A stretch of 48,689 nucleotides of DNA from assembly GCA_027319565.1 (NCBI GenBank), contig DAHVNA010000015.1:1-48689 (forward strand), written 5' to 3'. The notes under the pieces are model-generated. The model did not search any database and was not told the DNA's origin. It saw nothing but the letters and a program-made list of their open reading frames with translations. Position 1 is the first letter of the stretch. Each line of letters opens with the position of its first letter. Source of the DNA: Elusimicrobiota bacterium. Its GTDB lineage: Bacteria; Elusimicrobiota; Elusimicrobia; UBA1565; UBA9628. Positions 38,305 to 47,535 of this stretch are shown in pieces. A program made the translations under genes and the position numbers.

Positions 38305-39851
38305 AAAGAATTCCTCGCTTTATCCAAGGCCCGGTAATTCATGGCCTCGGCAATATGCCTGATTTCGATCAAATCCGAACCCTCTAAATCCGCAATGGTC
38401 CGGGAAACTTTAAGCACGCGGTCAAGTCCCCGAGCGGATAATTGAAATTTTTGCGCGGCCTGTCTTAAAGAATCCATGGCATTGCTAGCCAAAACGCAAT
38501 GGCGCCGAATTTCACTTTGAGTCAAATAGGCGTTCGCCGCGAAATCTTCCCGCCCCAACCTTTCTTGCTGTTTGGCGCGAGCGCCAACAACCCTTTTTCT
38601 GATTTCCGCGGAAGATTCAGCCATTTTGTTATTTTGAACGGCCCAATCGGAAAAGTCAAGGGGAGACATTTCAACTTGAAGATCAATGCGGTCAAGAAGC
38701 GGACCGGAAACGCGAGAAAGATAGTTAGAAACGACTTTCGGGCTACAAATGCAAGGCTTCGTGGGATGCCCGCGAAACCCGCAGGGGCACGGGTTAAGAG
38801 CCGCCACCAAAATAAAACGCGCGGGATATTCCACGCAATCTTTTACCCTTGAGATAGTGATTTTAAAATCCGACAGCGGCTGGCGCAAGGCTTCCAAGGC
38901 GCTTCTATTAAATTCGAGAACCTCGTCTAAAAAAAGAACTCCGCCATGCGCCAAGGAGACCTCCCCGGGCCGCGCCGCCGGGCCGCCGCCGACTAGAGAA
39001 GCGAGAGAAGCGCTGTGGTGGGGATCGCGAAATGGCCGCTCAACGACCAGGCCGGAACCTTCTTTGGATCTCGCGGAATGAATGCGAGTGACCTCTAAAA
39101 CCTCGCCGCGGGTCATCGGCGGTAAAATTCCCGGCAAGCGGCGCGCCAACATTGATTTTCCAATTCCCGGAGCTCCCATGAGAATCAGGTTGTGAGAACC
39201 GGCCGCAGCAATCTCAACAGCCCTTTTAGCTAGAACCTGACCCTTGACATCGCTCATCTCTTCCAAGCGCGCAACTTTCCTGCGCGCGGAAACAAGGCCT
39301 TCAAATGGATCCGAAAAAACGAAATCTTTTGAGGCGGCCCCAGGATCGGCGAGAAAATCGACGATTTCTCTTAAGGTCTCGCCGGTAATCACTTCAATTC
39401 CCACGGCCCGGGCCTCTACCGCATTGGCCTTGGGAACGATCATCGCTTTAAAGCCCTCTTCACGAGCTCTTAAGGCCATGGAAAGTATGCCTCTGACCGG
39501 CCGCATGGTCCCGTCTAAAGCCAATTCCCCGATGCAGCAATATTTTCCTTCCCAACTCTCCGGCGCGATCTGCCCTGAAGCCGTTAAAAGGGCCAAGGCG
39601 ATCGGCAAATCGAAATGACTGCCTTCTTTTCGGGATTGCCCCGGCGCGAGATTGACCGTAATTTTCTTTTGTGGAAGATTGAACCCGCAATTTCTGAGCG
39701 CGGAAATCACTCTTTCCCGAGATTCCCTGACCGCGTCATCCGGCAGGCCCACGGTCGTATATCCCGGAAGACCATTGGAGAGATCTAACTCGACTAACAC
39801 AGGATAACTTTCGATGCCGCGCAGCCCCATTGAGTTGACGTGAGCTAACAT
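38301..39851 (-). CDS. comM: ComM/YifB Mg-chelatase-like AAA+ ATPase
   Basis: VGLPD..VRES..RV, NLAP...KEG..FDL, G.PG.GKS, PFR.PHH, LFLDE, NPCPCG, SGPLLDRID. Confidence 0.95.
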   Translation of the reverse strand: MLAHVNSMGLRGIESYPVLVELDLSNGLPGYTTVGLPDDAVRESRERVISALRNCGFNLPQKKITVNLAPGQSRKEGSHFDLPIALALLTASGQIAPESWEGKYCCIGELALDGTMRPVRGILSMALRAREEGFKAMIVPKANAVEARAVGIEVITGETLREIVDFLADPGAASKDFVFSDPFEGLVSARRKVARLEEMSDVKGQVLAKRAVEIAAAGSHNLILMGAPGIGKSMLARRLPGILPPMTRGEVLEVTRIHSARSKEGSGLVVERPFRDPHHSASLASLVGGGPAARPGEVSLAHGGVLFLDEVLEFNRSALEALRQPLSDFKITISRVKDCVEYPARFILVAALNPCPCGFRGHPTKPCICSPKVVSNYLSRVSGPLLDRIDLQVEMSPLDFSDWAVQNNKMAESSAEIRKRVVGARAKQQERLGREDFAANAYLTQSEIRRHCVLASNAMDSLRQAAQKFQLSARGLDRVLKVSRTIADLEGSDLIEIRHIAEAMNYRALDKARNSL

Positions 39852-39852
39852 A

Positions 39853-41277
39853 TCATGCCTCCCGCGCCGTTTCCGTTTTATTTGGGCCGGAAACGCCGTA
39901 GCGATTTACAGAAGAGATGGCAAAATGCGCCTTGGTCCCCTTACCCGGCAAAGATTCCAACCACAGACGCCCGCTGTGTAAATCAAGGATTTTTTTAGAT
40001 ATCGCAAGCCCAAGCCCGGTTCCGGGAATGTTTAATTCTCTCGCGTTGGGAGCGCGGTAGAACTTTTCAAAAATATGGGACAACGCCTCTTGAGACAAGC
40101 CAATGCCGTCATCTTCAACCACGGTTTCAACCCAATCTCCCTTGCCGGAAGAAGAAACAGCGATGCGCCCCCCGGGCTTGGTGAATTTCAGCGCGTTGGA
40201 AACCAAGTTTTCAATGACAACGGAAATCCATTTTTGATCGGCAAGGACTGCGGGCAAATTTTTTGGATAATCAAAATGGATTTCCTTTTTGGCGGAGTCA
40301 GCCTCGAGCTTGCGCGATTCGATAATCGAAGTAAGTAATGGAATCAACGAAAAAGCTTTCATCTCCATTTTCATCCCCGACTCAAGCCGAGAAATATCCA
40401 ACAAATCAGAAACCATGTTTGAAAGTCTCTCTACCGCGTTTTTAGCCATAATCATAAACCGTCTTTGATCCTCGCTAATGGGGCCAATTTCGCCTTCCAG
40501 CATCAGCCCCAAAAAGCCCGCCAGCGTCGTCAGCGGAGTTTTAAACTCATGGCTGACCGTAGAAACGAACTCATCTTTCATACGGCTGAGGGCCCTTAAT
40601 TGTTCCCGATCCGCTATCAATTGTTGGTTTAAAACCGACATTTCAATGATAATGGCCGCGTCTTCGGCAATCGTACTCATTAAATCAACGTGCTCTTGGG
40701 TAAACGCATAAGGCTTGCGGCTTCCCACTCGCATCACGCCCCAAGGATGACCTCGTTTGCTGACCGGAACCACGATCAGAGAACGAATATCCCATAACTT
40801 GGCGAAACGAGTAATGACCCCGGGATCTTCTTGCGCGTCTCCGGCGACAAAAGGTTTTCCCGTTTTAAAAACCCTGACCGAAGACGCGTTCTCATCCAGT
40901 AGCGATATCCTATACATCTGCTCTTCTTTTTCAAGTCCGTAAGCCCCGGGCTGGGTGACCAATTCCTGGGACACTTCATCAAGAAGCAGAAAGGCGACTA
41001 AATCGACCTCCAGGTGTCGAGTGACAATTGAGACAATTCCGGCAAGGGCCGCCGTCAAATCGGTCGGTGAAACGGCGGCTCTGACGGTGTCTTGAAGGGT
41101 CTTGATTTCGCGGGATTTCGTCTCAAGACGAACCTGGGCTTCTTTTAGTTCTTCTTTGAGACCTGGAGAATCTGATTCTTCTTTAAAAAAAATTTCTCTT
41201 AAAAAAAATACTCCCCCGGCTCCCAAAACCAATCCGGCCCCAAGCCACGCGATATCTTTGAGTATTCCCAGACTCAT
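39853..41277 (-). CDS. Membrane-anchored GAF-domain sensor histidine kinase
   Basis: One N-terminal TM, coiled coil, GAF (IRSLIVVP), H-box SHEFKTPLT, N-box NALKF, DDGIG, GTGLGL. Confidence 0.92.
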   Translation of the reverse strand: MSLGILKDIAWLGAGLVLGAGGVFFLREIFFKEESDSPGLKEELKEAQVRLETKSREIKTLQDTVRAAVSPTDLTAALAGIVSIVTRHLEVDLVAFLLLDEVSQELVTQPGAYGLEKEEQMYRISLLDENASSVRVFKTGKPFVAGDAQEDPGVITRFAKLWDIRSLIVVPVSKRGHPWGVMRVGSRKPYAFTQEHVDLMSTIAEDAAIIIEMSVLNQQLIADREQLRALSRMKDEFVSTVSHEFKTPLTTLAGFLGLMLEGEIGPISEDQRRFMIMAKNAVERLSNMVSDLLDISRLESGMKMEMKAFSLIPLLTSIIESRKLEADSAKKEIHFDYPKNLPAVLADQKWISVVIENLVSNALKFTKPGGRIAVSSSGKGDWVETVVEDDGIGLSQEALSHIFEKFYRAPNARELNIPGTGLGLAISKKILDLHSGRLWLESLPGKGTKAHFAISSVNRYGVSGPNKTETAREA

Positions 41278-43031
41278 GGCATTAGGTCCAAATGAGCTCT
41301 TAAAAAATAAGCGTAGATCTTACTTCCTTGAAAAGGAATATGCGCGGAGGCAATTCCCATAGACCCTAATACATGACGGGTCGCATGAATCCACTCGGTC
41401 TCGCGTTCACCCAAGGGGCTTTGAGGCGGAGGCCCTAAAAGAACCACGACCCTTGGAGAGAGTCTCCGACAGATTTCTCCGATCTTAAAGGGAAGGCCTA
41501 ATGGCTGCGTCGGGTCATAGGGCTGAGGCGGAAGATTCCGATAGGAACGGGAAATCCCCATGTCGGCCATGGATTGAAAAAACATCATTTGTGCCCAGGC
41601 AACCAAGGAATCGGAGCCTCTTGGGAAAAACCAAATAATCGGCAAAGATTCAGTCCTGGCCTTTGGGAAAACAAACTTGCTAACCTTGGCCATATCAGCG
41701 GGATCGGGAAGGGCTTTGCTCTGTTCTGGCAATTGAAGATCGAAAAGCACCGGCAATAAGGCCCCAATTTGAGGGTTTTGTCCCAAGGAAATCCCCAAAT
41801 CCAATAAACGAACTAGGCGCTGAACCCAAAGATGCGCTTCGAGAGGAAGCGCGGCCAAACGCTCCACCAAAGCCTTTGATTCTTCGCTTGATACATTGAG
41901 TTCTTTCCCTCGCAGGAAATCGTTGAGTGTTTCCATATGAACAGACGCAGGCGTTGGTTTCATTTCAACGGCAGAAGCCTGGGCTCCAACAAAGGAGATC
42001 TTAAGCCTTTGGGCGAGAGACTCTAGAGCCTTGGGCGGGTAAACCGCGGTGACCACGAGTTGCCGGCCTCCAGCCAAAAACCAAGAGACGATCGTTTCAA
42101 TCAACGCTTGGTTTTTATCAGTCAAAGCCATTAAGTGAATATCATCAATAATCAAGACTTTAAAATGGACTGACATCTCCTCCCACCAAAGGGCAAGAAC
42201 CTTGTTAGAGGATGAAACAGTGGAAGCCGCCAGTTTCCAACCGGAAGTGAGTAACACCGTTTTCTCTCCCAAGTTTTTTGAAATTTCCTGGGCCAAAGCA
42301 TGAGACAGATGAGTTTTTCCCGAACCGGGAGGGCCATGGATAAAAAGCGGATTATACATGGCGCCGGGAGAGCCAGCAACGGAAATTGCCGCGGCATGAG
42401 CAAAACGGTTATGGGACCCAATTTTGAGCGACTCCAAACTTTTAGCGGGATCTGGGCTTATGGCTGGAGTATTTAAGGATTCCAAGGGCGGCAATGCCAC
42501 CACAATAGAAGGAGGCTGTTCCATAGCCGACAGCTCTTCTGTTTTGGGAACTTCCTCAACAGAAGCTTGAGCCATTGGTTGCGGAAGTTCCATGGGAGGC
42601 AAGGAAGAAGGAGCGCTTTGCGGCACCGGTAATTCTTCTTGAGGCTTCTCGGGCTGGGATAGAGGAGATTCCAATTCCGTGCCGGGATACGGCATGACCG
42701 CTTCTTTGGGCGACTCTTGAGGAATCGCGGGCTCGGGCTTTGAAATCTCCGGCTCTGGAGGCAAAACCGGCTCGACAGGCGCGGGAATGGGTTTTTGCGG
42801 AGTCATCGAAGTTAAAAAAGTTTTTAACTCCTCTAAAATTTGAGCGTTTGGACGATGAAGCGGCAAGCACAGATTATACCCCTCGGGATTATTGACCGAA
42901 GCCGGCCGCCCGCACAATTTGCCGAATTTTTTAATAATTTTCTGCAGCTCTGATTTCTCCCCCTCTATAAGGAGACATTGGCGTTGCGGATCTGAGGAAT
43001 GAGGGTCTTCTTTAATTTTCCATTGTTTCAT
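41274..43031 (-). CDS. DnaA/Hda-like AAA+ domain protein with Pro-rich linker (not the replication initiator)
   Basis: G.HNRFAHAAA..VA..PG..YNPLFIHGPPGSGKTHL and IIDDIH match DnaA domain III; no recognisable domain IV; unrelated N- and C-terminal domains. Confidence 0.8.
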   Translation of the reverse strand: MKQWKIKEDPHSSDPQRQCLLIEGEKSELQKIIKKFGKLCGRPASVNNPEGYNLCLPLHRPNAQILEELKTFLTSMTPQKPIPAPVEPVLPPEPEISKPEPAIPQESPKEAVMPYPGTELESPLSQPEKPQEELPVPQSAPSSLPPMELPQPMAQASVEEVPKTEELSAMEQPPSIVVALPPLESLNTPAISPDPAKSLESLKIGSHNRFAHAAAISVAGSPGAMYNPLFIHGPPGSGKTHLSHALAQEISKNLGEKTVLLTSGWKLAASTVSSSNKVLALWWEEMSVHFKVLIIDDIHLMALTDKNQALIETIVSWFLAGGRQLVVTAVYPPKALESLAQRLKISFVGAQASAVEMKPTPASVHMETLNDFLRGKELNVSSEESKALVERLAALPLEAHLWVQRLVRLLDLGISLGQNPQIGALLPVLFDLQLPEQSKALPDPADMAKVSKFVFPKARTESLPIIWFFPRGSDSLVAWAQMMFFQSMADMGISRSYRNLPPQPYDPTQPLGLPFKIGEICRRLSPRVVVLLGPPPQSPLGERETEWIHATRHVLGSMGIASAHIPFQGSKIYAYFLRAHLDLMP

Positions 43032-43124
43032 GTCTTGTGTGTTGTAAAGTTACAAAAATAAAGGGCAAAACACCAAATAAATTTTTGGAATATCGCTGTC
43101 GTGTCTTGGCGCCCCCATTCAAAA

Positions 43125-43145
43125 GTAAAAATTCGGTAAAAATTC
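43125..43145. repeat. Perfect 10-bp direct repeat GTAAAAATTC x2 with 11-bp period
   Basis: Copies at 43125-43134 and 43136-43145, just upstream of the TTGACA at 43156. Confidence 0.7.
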
Positions 43146-43155
43146 AAAAAGGCCC

Positions 43156-43184
43156 TTGACAGAGAGAGAAGCTGGGATTATATT
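43156..43184 (+). promoter_or_regulatory. Sigma70-type promoter
   Basis: TTGACA-N17-TATATT, followed by GGGAGG SD and ATG 43213. Confidence 0.7.
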
Positions 43185-43212
43185 TATAAGGCGAAGGCGG
43201 GAGGCGCCAAAA

Positions 43213-44805
43213 ATGAAATTAAAACTTACAATTTTTCCCCTAGCTTTTTTAGTCTTAACTCTCTCCGGATTTCCAGTTCGGTCCTGGGCGTCTAAAAAGG
43301 ATGATTTAATGCAAGAATGCATCAAATCTCCAAAACATTTGATTCATAATAAAAAAGGAGACATTTATTACGCCTGTGATTACGTCTCCGGCGTGGATGA
43401 TAAATCATTGGCTTCGGATACGGCCGAGAGCCGCGCGAGATTTAGGCTCGGCAAGGTGTACGCGCCAATAAACAAAGACGGAACGATGACTCTAAGTAAT
43501 ACCTTTATAATCGATACTTGGATTGATCCCAAATCTAATGATATGTGGGCTCTTGCGCAATACACGCCGCAGTCACCGGAGGAGAAAAAAAAGCTGGATA
43601 GTTTCATTAACAACAAGGCTCCCAATGGGAAAAATTCAGGAAGCAATTCTCAACAGCTAGCCAAAAACGTCGCGAAAGCGACAGGGGGAGTCAGACAAGC
43701 TTTCCCTTCGAAAAAGACCGCAACTCCAAATCCTCCACCGTCACAGGGAATGGGAAATCTTACCCCTCAAGCAACTCAAGGACAACCTACTTCGACTTCA
43801 GGCGCGGGTTCTTCTGCCGCCACAAACACGTCTCTCAAGGCAAACCCGCAAAACACCGACGAGCTTCCTCTCCTTCAGAAAACGAAGACTCCTCCAGAGA
43901 CCCCGCCAGCGCCTACGACAGATAAACCTAAAAAATCCAAACCGGGGTTTTTCGCGAAGATTTGGAATGGAATCAAGAAAGTTGCCCATTATATCGCCAC
44001 TTCCCGCATAGCGACCGGACTTCTTCTCGGCGCCGCCGCGGCCCTTATGGTCACCGGCTTTGGAGCCGCCCCGGGAGTGATTATCGCCGCCGCCGTTCTT
44101 GGAGGCGGAATTGGGCTGGCCGCCGGACCTCTCACGAAATCAAGCCCCTCAAAAACGCTTCCGCCGCCTCTGCCAATCGCCTCCTCTCCCGCAAATTCCA
44201 GCAATCCAAATCCCGCTCCAGCTCCTACCACTCCCTCTTCTCCGGCGCCTGCGGCTTCAACTCCGCAGGGAGGTAATATTGTTCTCAACGCAGCCGGAAC
44301 CATGAACAGAGCTAAAGATATCGCCAATCAACTCAATCAAAATAAATCCGCAGAGGATGAAACAAGTTTAGGACTCCCCTCGGCCGCAGTCACTCCGCGC
44401 AACAACGTGACTCAAAATTCTCTGACTTCTGAACACGCACCCGCTCACAAAAAGAATCAGAAAACATCTTCCAAACCTTCTAAGACTCCTGCTTCTCCAA
44501 GTAAAAACGTAGCGGCGCCCAAAACCCCGAACTCTATTGCAAAATCGGCAGGCTATGGCGCCATGCTCGGCGGAGGCCTGGGATTAGGACTTGCCGCTGC
44601 CGGCATCGTCACTGCTCCCTTATGGGCTTCGGCTGCTATTGGAGTTGCGGCCGGGGCCGCCGTTGCCGCGGCTGGCGCCGCCGCTTGGAATTATTTCAAA
44701 AACAAACCGACTCCTCCTAAAGCGGCGACGCCCGCCAAAACCGCAAATACGCCTAAAACTCCACCGCCGCCCAAGACGAGAATTCCAGGGCCACAGGAAA
44801 TGTGA
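43213..44805 (+). CDS. Secreted/membrane protein: LPP20-like N-domain, Pro/Thr/Ser/Lys-rich linkers, two Gly/Ala-rich hydrophobic hairpins
   Basis: Signal-peptide-like N-terminus (MKLKLTIFPLAFLVLTLSGFPVRSWA), globular domain of about 100 aa, low-complexity regions, GxxxG-rich segments. Confidence 0.75.
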   Translation: MKLKLTIFPLAFLVLTLSGFPVRSWASKKDDLMQECIKSPKHLIHNKKGDIYYACDYVSGVDDKSLASDTAESRARFRLGKVYAPINKDGTMTLSNTFIIDTWIDPKSNDMWALAQYTPQSPEEKKKLDSFINNKAPNGKNSGSNSQQLAKNVAKATGGVRQAFPSKKTATPNPPPSQGMGNLTPQATQGQPTSTSGAGSSAATNTSLKANPQNTDELPLLQKTKTPPETPPAPTTDKPKKSKPGFFAKIWNGIKKVAHYIATSRIATGLLLGAAAALMVTGFGAAPGVIIAAAVLGGGIGLAAGPLTKSSPSKTLPPPLPIASSPANSSNPNPAPAPTTPSSPAPAASTPQGGNIVLNAAGTMNRAKDIANQLNQNKSAEDETSLGLPSAAVTPRNNVTQNSLTSEHAPAHKKNQKTSSKPSKTPASPSKNVAAPKTPNSIAKSAGYGAMLGGGLGLGLAAAGIVTAPLWASAAIGVAAGAAVAAAGAAAWNYFKNKPTPPKAATPAKTANTPKTPPPPKTRIPGPQEM

Positions 44806-44856
44806 TTTTCTTTCTGGTTTTGGGCACGGCGTTTTCCAAGTGATACAATAATCTCA

Positions 44857-45996
44857 ATGCAGAAGCCCGCGCTTTTTTGTCTACTGTCTTTCCTTACATT
44901 CATCGTCACTGGGTGCTCAAACTCAAAGTCAAAAGCGGTTCTAGCCGTCGCCGTGCCGTTGTCGGGCTCAATTGGAGAAGAAGGAAATGGAATCGTCAAT
45001 GCCGTCAAACTGGGCGTTTCCAAATTCAACAATTCGCCTGAAAGTCCTTGGAAGATTATCGTCCGCACCTATGATGATGAAGGCACGCCTCAGGGGGCGG
45101 TGAAAGCCGCAAAGGAAATCATTCAAGACCCAAGGGTCTTTGCCGTCATTGGGGACTTTACCTCGGACTCTTGCCTGGCGGCGGCCCCACTCTATGCCCA
45201 AGCCAAGATTCCAATGATCACCCCTTCGGCCGCCAACAGCGTTTTAACGGCTCAACAGGAAAACCCAAATTGGAAATGGGAAAAAAATATTTTCCGTATG
45301 CCGCCGACAGATACAATCCATGCCAAATACGCAGCTCATTTCGCCTACACGCGTCTCTCCATTAATTCGTTTTTTATCGTTGACGATCAAAGCTCTTATG
45401 GAATGGAATTTGCCCAAGCCTTTGACGCCGATTTTAAAAAAGAAGGCGGAAAAATTTTAGGCTTTATGGATATCCCGCCAAAGACGACTAATCTTTCCAA
45501 TCTCATCGGCGCCGTTAAAAGTTCGCGCCCCCAGGGCCTTTTCTTTGGCGGGTTTTATCCCGAAGCGGCTCAAATTCTCAAATCTCTCAACCCGCGCCAA
45601 CAAGGCATGGTCTTTTTTTCAGGGGGAGCTGCCAAGGAAGACGCTTTATTTAATCTCGCCGGCCCCGCGGTCCAAGGCGCTTATTTCGTTATCAGCGGAG
45701 TTCCGGTCGATTTTTTGCCCGGCGCCAGCCAATTTCTCTCCCAATATCGCGCACTCTTTAGAACCAACCCGAGAACCTATGATATTTATGCCTACGAAGC
45801 GGCAAAAATCGCCCTTAAGGCTTTTGAAAATTCCGGGTTTAATCGCGAGAAAATGATTGAGACGCTTAGGGAAACCGCGCATGATGGCATCATCGGAATG
45901 ATCCGCTTTGATCAAAAAGGCGATAACACCAACCAACTGGTCACCATCGTTCGCGCCAATTACAGGAAGAAAAAATTTGAGCCCATCTATTACTAG
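44857..45996 (+). CDS. Branched-chain amino acid ABC-type substrate-binding lipoprotein (LivK/LivJ family)
   Basis: Lipobox VTGC, PLSG, DD.G.P, VIG.F.S, ITPSA, FR..PTD, YG, YAYEA, FD.KGD. Confidence 0.88.
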   Translation: MQKPALFCLLSFLTFIVTGCSNSKSKAVLAVAVPLSGSIGEEGNGIVNAVKLGVSKFNNSPESPWKIIVRTYDDEGTPQGAVKAAKEIIQDPRVFAVIGDFTSDSCLAAAPLYAQAKIPMITPSAANSVLTAQQENPNWKWEKNIFRMPPTDTIHAKYAAHFAYTRLSINSFFIVDDQSSYGMEFAQAFDADFKKEGGKILGFMDIPPKTTNLSNLIGAVKSSRPQGLFFGGFYPEAAQILKSLNPRQQGMVFFSGGAAKEDALFNLAGPAVQGAYFVISGVPVDFLPGASQFLSQYRALFRTNPRTYDIYAYEAAKIALKAFENSGFNREKMIETLRETAHDGIIGMIRFDQKGDNTNQLVTIVRANYRKKKFEPIYY

Positions 45997-47485
45997 CCGT
46001 TGTTGCGGAATTTTACTCCCTATCAGTTCTTTATCCGGAGAATCCGGGCATGGGGATTTGGGCGCCGAAGCCCATCGCTTTATCCAGTTTCTCTCTGAAA
46101 CCGAACAAAAATATTGGCAAATGCTCCCGGTCAACCCCACCGGAGCTGGGAACTCCCCCTACAGTTCCATTTCCGCTTTTGCCGGAAACCCTTCTTTCAT
46201 AAGCCTTGAACTCGCCGCGGAAGAGGGGTTTTTGGAATATTCTGATATCGCCGAAATCAAGGATTTAAGCGTTTCTGAAACAGCGGATAGAAAAAGACAA
46301 ATTCTAAGAAAAGCAGGCGCGCGCTTTCAAAAAGACAGTCCAAAAAGAAGCTGGGAAGAGTTTCATCTTTTTCTGGACCAAGAATCTTTCTGGATCAACG
46401 ATTACGCCTGGTTTTGCGCTCTTAAAGAACGCTTCCAGCAAAAGCCTTGGCTGGACTGGCCGGAGGAAATTCGCAAGCGCAATTTTCGTTTTTGGGAAAG
46501 AGACTTGCTTCATTTTTTAGGCGAAACCTCATTTTACTATCAATTCGAACAATTTCTCTTCGACCGGCAGTGGAAGCGCCTCAAGCGCGCCGGCGAGGAA
46601 AAAGGGATATCGCTGATCGGAGACGTTCCTATTTTCGTGGCTCAAGACAGCGCCGACGTCTGGGCTCATCAAAAAATTTTTGAACTCGATGAGAAGGGAC
46701 TTCCCATCGCCGTCTCCGGAGTTCCCCCCGACTATTTTTCAAAGACAGGCCAGCTTTGGGGAAACCCTCTTTACCGTTGGGAAATTTTAAAGGAATCCGG
46801 GTATGAATGGTGGAAAAAGCGCCTTGAAATTTCCGCCCAGCGCTTTGACGCCGTGCGTCTGGATCACTTTATTGGATTTTGCAGATACTGGAGGGTCCCG
46901 GCCGGAGAAAAAACCGCCGTTACAGGGCAATGGGTCAAAGGCCCAGGCGCAGATTTTTTTTCTTTAGTCCTTCCTCAAATTCCAAACCTTAAAATCATCG
47001 CGGAAGATTTAGGCGTTGCCGGTGCCGATGTCTATGAATTGCGCGATCAATTTAATTTCCCCGGCATGAATGTGCTTCAGTTCTCTTTCGGGGGCGAGGA
47101 AAGATTTTTGCCGCGAAATTATTTGCCGAATTCCGTCGCCTACACCGGAACGCACGACAACGATACCCTCAAAGGCTGGATTGAAAGCGGCCCTGAAGAA
47201 GAAGTCCAGCGCGCGCTTGACTACGCCGCTACGTCTAAATCCGACCCAGACAGACACTGGGCGCTCATTCAAGCGCTTTTAGAATCCCCCTCCAACACCG
47301 CCATCATTCCGTTACAAGACATTTTGGGACTTGACTCGGAAGCGAGAATGAATATCCCCGGCACGACTTCCGGAAACTGGTCATGGAAATTGGATTTAAA
47401 AAACCTTGACTCAGAGATAATCTCGCGACTTAAGAAAGCGGTCTTGTCCGCGCGCCGGGCTCCAAACGTTCAATCACCGCTCTGA
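45977..47485 (+). CDS. malQ: 4-alpha-glucanotransferase (amylomaltase, GH77)
   Basis: WQMLP.NP, SPYSS.SAFAGN, GDVPIFVA.DSADVW, GVPPDYFS.TGQLWGNP, RLDHF.GF, AEDLG, YTGTHDNDT; exact start uncertain (TTG 45977). Confidence 0.95.
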   Translation: MSPSITSRCCGILLPISSLSGESGHGDLGAEAHRFIQFLSETEQKYWQMLPVNPTGAGNSPYSSISAFAGNPSFISLELAAEEGFLEYSDIAEIKDLSVSETADRKRQILRKAGARFQKDSPKRSWEEFHLFLDQESFWINDYAWFCALKERFQQKPWLDWPEEIRKRNFRFWERDLLHFLGETSFYYQFEQFLFDRQWKRLKRAGEEKGISLIGDVPIFVAQDSADVWAHQKIFELDEKGLPIAVSGVPPDYFSKTGQLWGNPLYRWEILKESGYEWWKKRLEISAQRFDAVRLDHFIGFCRYWRVPAGEKTAVTGQWVKGPGADFFSLVLPQIPNLKIIAEDLGVAGADVYELRDQFNFPGMNVLQFSFGGEERFLPRNYLPNSVAYTGTHDNDTLKGWIESGPEEEVQRALDYAATSKSDPDRHWALIQALLESPSNTAIIPLQDILGLDSEARMNIPGTTSGNWSWKLDLKNLDSEIISRLKKAVLSARRAPNVQSPL

Positions 47486-47535
47486 GCTTTAAAAGTATTA
47501 TGTAGAATAAGTTAGTTCTTAATTAAGAGGCGGTT

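Noticed and set aside
7566..41208. A8/T8 homopolymer runs as phase-variation sites
   Set aside because: Such runs are frequent throughout this Lys/Phe-rich sequence and all reading frames are intact.
41274..43212. dnaA with adjacent oriC
   Set aside because: The protein lacks domain IV and key arginines; no TTATCCACA-type boxes seen in the intergenic region; no dnaN/gyrB context.
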